From Nageia nagi (lineage: Eukaryota > Plantae > Pinophyta), in contig JBITNC010000001.1 of the NCBI GenBank assembly GCA_050084985.1, positions 18,476,001 to 18,540,000 of the forward strand: a DNA stretch of 64,000 bases, written 5' to 3'. The notes beneath the pieces are model-generated. The model was not told where the DNA came from and did no database searches. It was given only the letters and a program-made list of their open reading frames with translations. The translations under genes were made by a program, and so were the position numbers. Shown here piece by piece: positions 62,251 through 64,000 of the stretch (its first letter is position 1; each line of letters begins with the position of its first letter).

Positions 62251-64000
62251 CGACTTGGATAGGAATCTTAGTTGCATTTTGTATTAGGAGCGGCTGAGAA
62301 TAAATTAGTAGGTAGCAAGATCAAATATGTTTTGGTCGTAACTAGACTGCCTCCAAGTTATAGCTAGGCAGTAATAGGAAGGCTCTATATGAGCATTTTT
62401 GGATGAGCCTAAAAAGAAAATCATTGTGACAGGATTTGGGATCCTCATAAAACCCGCGTTGCTTTTTGATAATATATTTACCCTATTATAAAAAATGAAA
62501 AAAAAAGATCGAGATTGAGAACTGATGGAAGATAGTTGTGCATCTAGACAAATCGCCCAGTTTGTTTGGGGAGATTTGCTTAGATTGGGCGCACGGAAGA
62601 GGATTGGTATGGAAATGGGTGTTTGGTTTGAGCACGAATCTAGGTTCGAAGGTGGCTTTGCATTCGGAGGTGGTCTTGGTTTGTTACAAGATCTGCAGGG
62701 AGGTGAAGATCGATTCAGTTTCAAAGAATGATACCTATCTCTAGTCTACAGTTGGTTGGATGCTATGAGCATAGAAGGTAGTGTCAAAAATGGAGGCTTG
62801 GAAATCCTTCTCCAGAAGATGTACCCCTCTTTGGAGATTGAGATCTATCTTCGAGGAGGATAATCTGCTAAGAGCTTTTTTTTTGAATGTTTTATTTTGT
62901 CATGTTTTGCACCTCAAATATGTTGTACTTGTTGAGTATTGTTTAGAGCTTCAATGCAAAATTGTAAAAGGTAGATGGGACCCTTTCAAAACCCACTTAT
63001 TTGTCCTAATGTGCACCCCTCCCCTTGTGGTGATGTGTCTCCACGCTTGGCACTCTATTGTTAAATTGCAAAAGATTGGGGAGCCTTTCAAAACCCACTT
63101 TTCTACTCAAATTTGAAAAAAAAAAAAAACAATAGGTTTGTCTAATCACTATCAAGATTTTTTAACATTCCCCATGCATTCAAGATAGGCACAAACCTTC
63201 CCAACCATTTGAACCCTTACAAGACCCTTTTTTTTTGCAAGATTAGTTTTGCATTAAATTCCTTGGTTCACAAGCAATCAAAGGCAAAAAGAGGCACAAA
63301 GAAAAGTCAAAGTTGAATCTCCATGTAATTTATTACAAGCATTTGTGACAAATTGGAGAACATTTTACACCAAAATGACAAATTCTAAGCCGAACCGAAA
63401 CAAGAAAACAAATTCAAAACATGTGAAACAACCCCTGCAACTTTCACCACATCAAAATACCCCTAAAACATGACAGACCACAATCATCTTTCAAGCATAC
63501 AAGACCAACCTCGATCTTGTTTCTGCAAGATATTCATTCCCAAAAAGTGACAACAGGTATTGATTCCAATTTCTAACGTTTTTATGGCCTCGATTCTTCC
63601 AATTCTGGTATTTCATGCATGTTTCTTCTTTCATTTCAAATTTGGTTTTTGTTATTAATCTACAAGGAGAAGGTTGATCTTAATGCCTAAAATATCTAAG
63701 ACAAGCTTCAATCCCCCCAAAACCATTAAGTTTTTGGATACATTTTGAGAAGGCTTTGGTTGCAACTCAAAAGGGTTAGATTCTTCAATAACATTGCACA
63801 AGTATCTCATTTCATCTTTTATTTGCCTCATGCTAGATCTAGGACTGCTATGTTTATTTCTTACTTGTTATCTTAGATCTCTTGTGTACCCTAGTCATCA
63901 TATTGTACTTGAATTGCCATTTCTTTCTTTGTCAATTTCTATTTTCATTCCGTAGGCAAAAATGTTATTTATAACTGCAATTATCTTTTTATTTGGCAAC

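Noticed and set aside
62290-63000. RNase H-like LINE tail or gene fragment
   Set aside because: Coding-like composition but no motif I can identify with confidence.

Overview
Eukaryotic, AT-rich, CpG-depleted plant nuclear DNA. The TE families and very long introns suggest a gymnosperm/conifer-type genome (inference). Two host genes converge tail-to-tail about 43 kb apart, and only their last three coding exons are in the window. They are a tRNA-splicing endonuclease catalytic subunit (SEN2, + strand, 6781-8098) and dihydrofolate synthetase (DHFS/FOLC1-type, - strand, 52652-50904). Everything else is nested, decayed transposons: two copies of one Ty1/copia family with a ~3-kb 5' leader, a solo LTR, several Ty3/gypsy remnants (PBS Met, Leu and Trp), several L1-type LINE fragments, and two inverted non-autonomous hAT elements. 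The most striking item is a 252-bp LTR retroelement (~60-bp LTRs, 5-bp TSD). It carries a possible split Pol III promoter and sits in the B-box of a tRNA-derived SINE-like element inside a DHFS intron. All coordinates were read by eye. No alignments or database searches were run.
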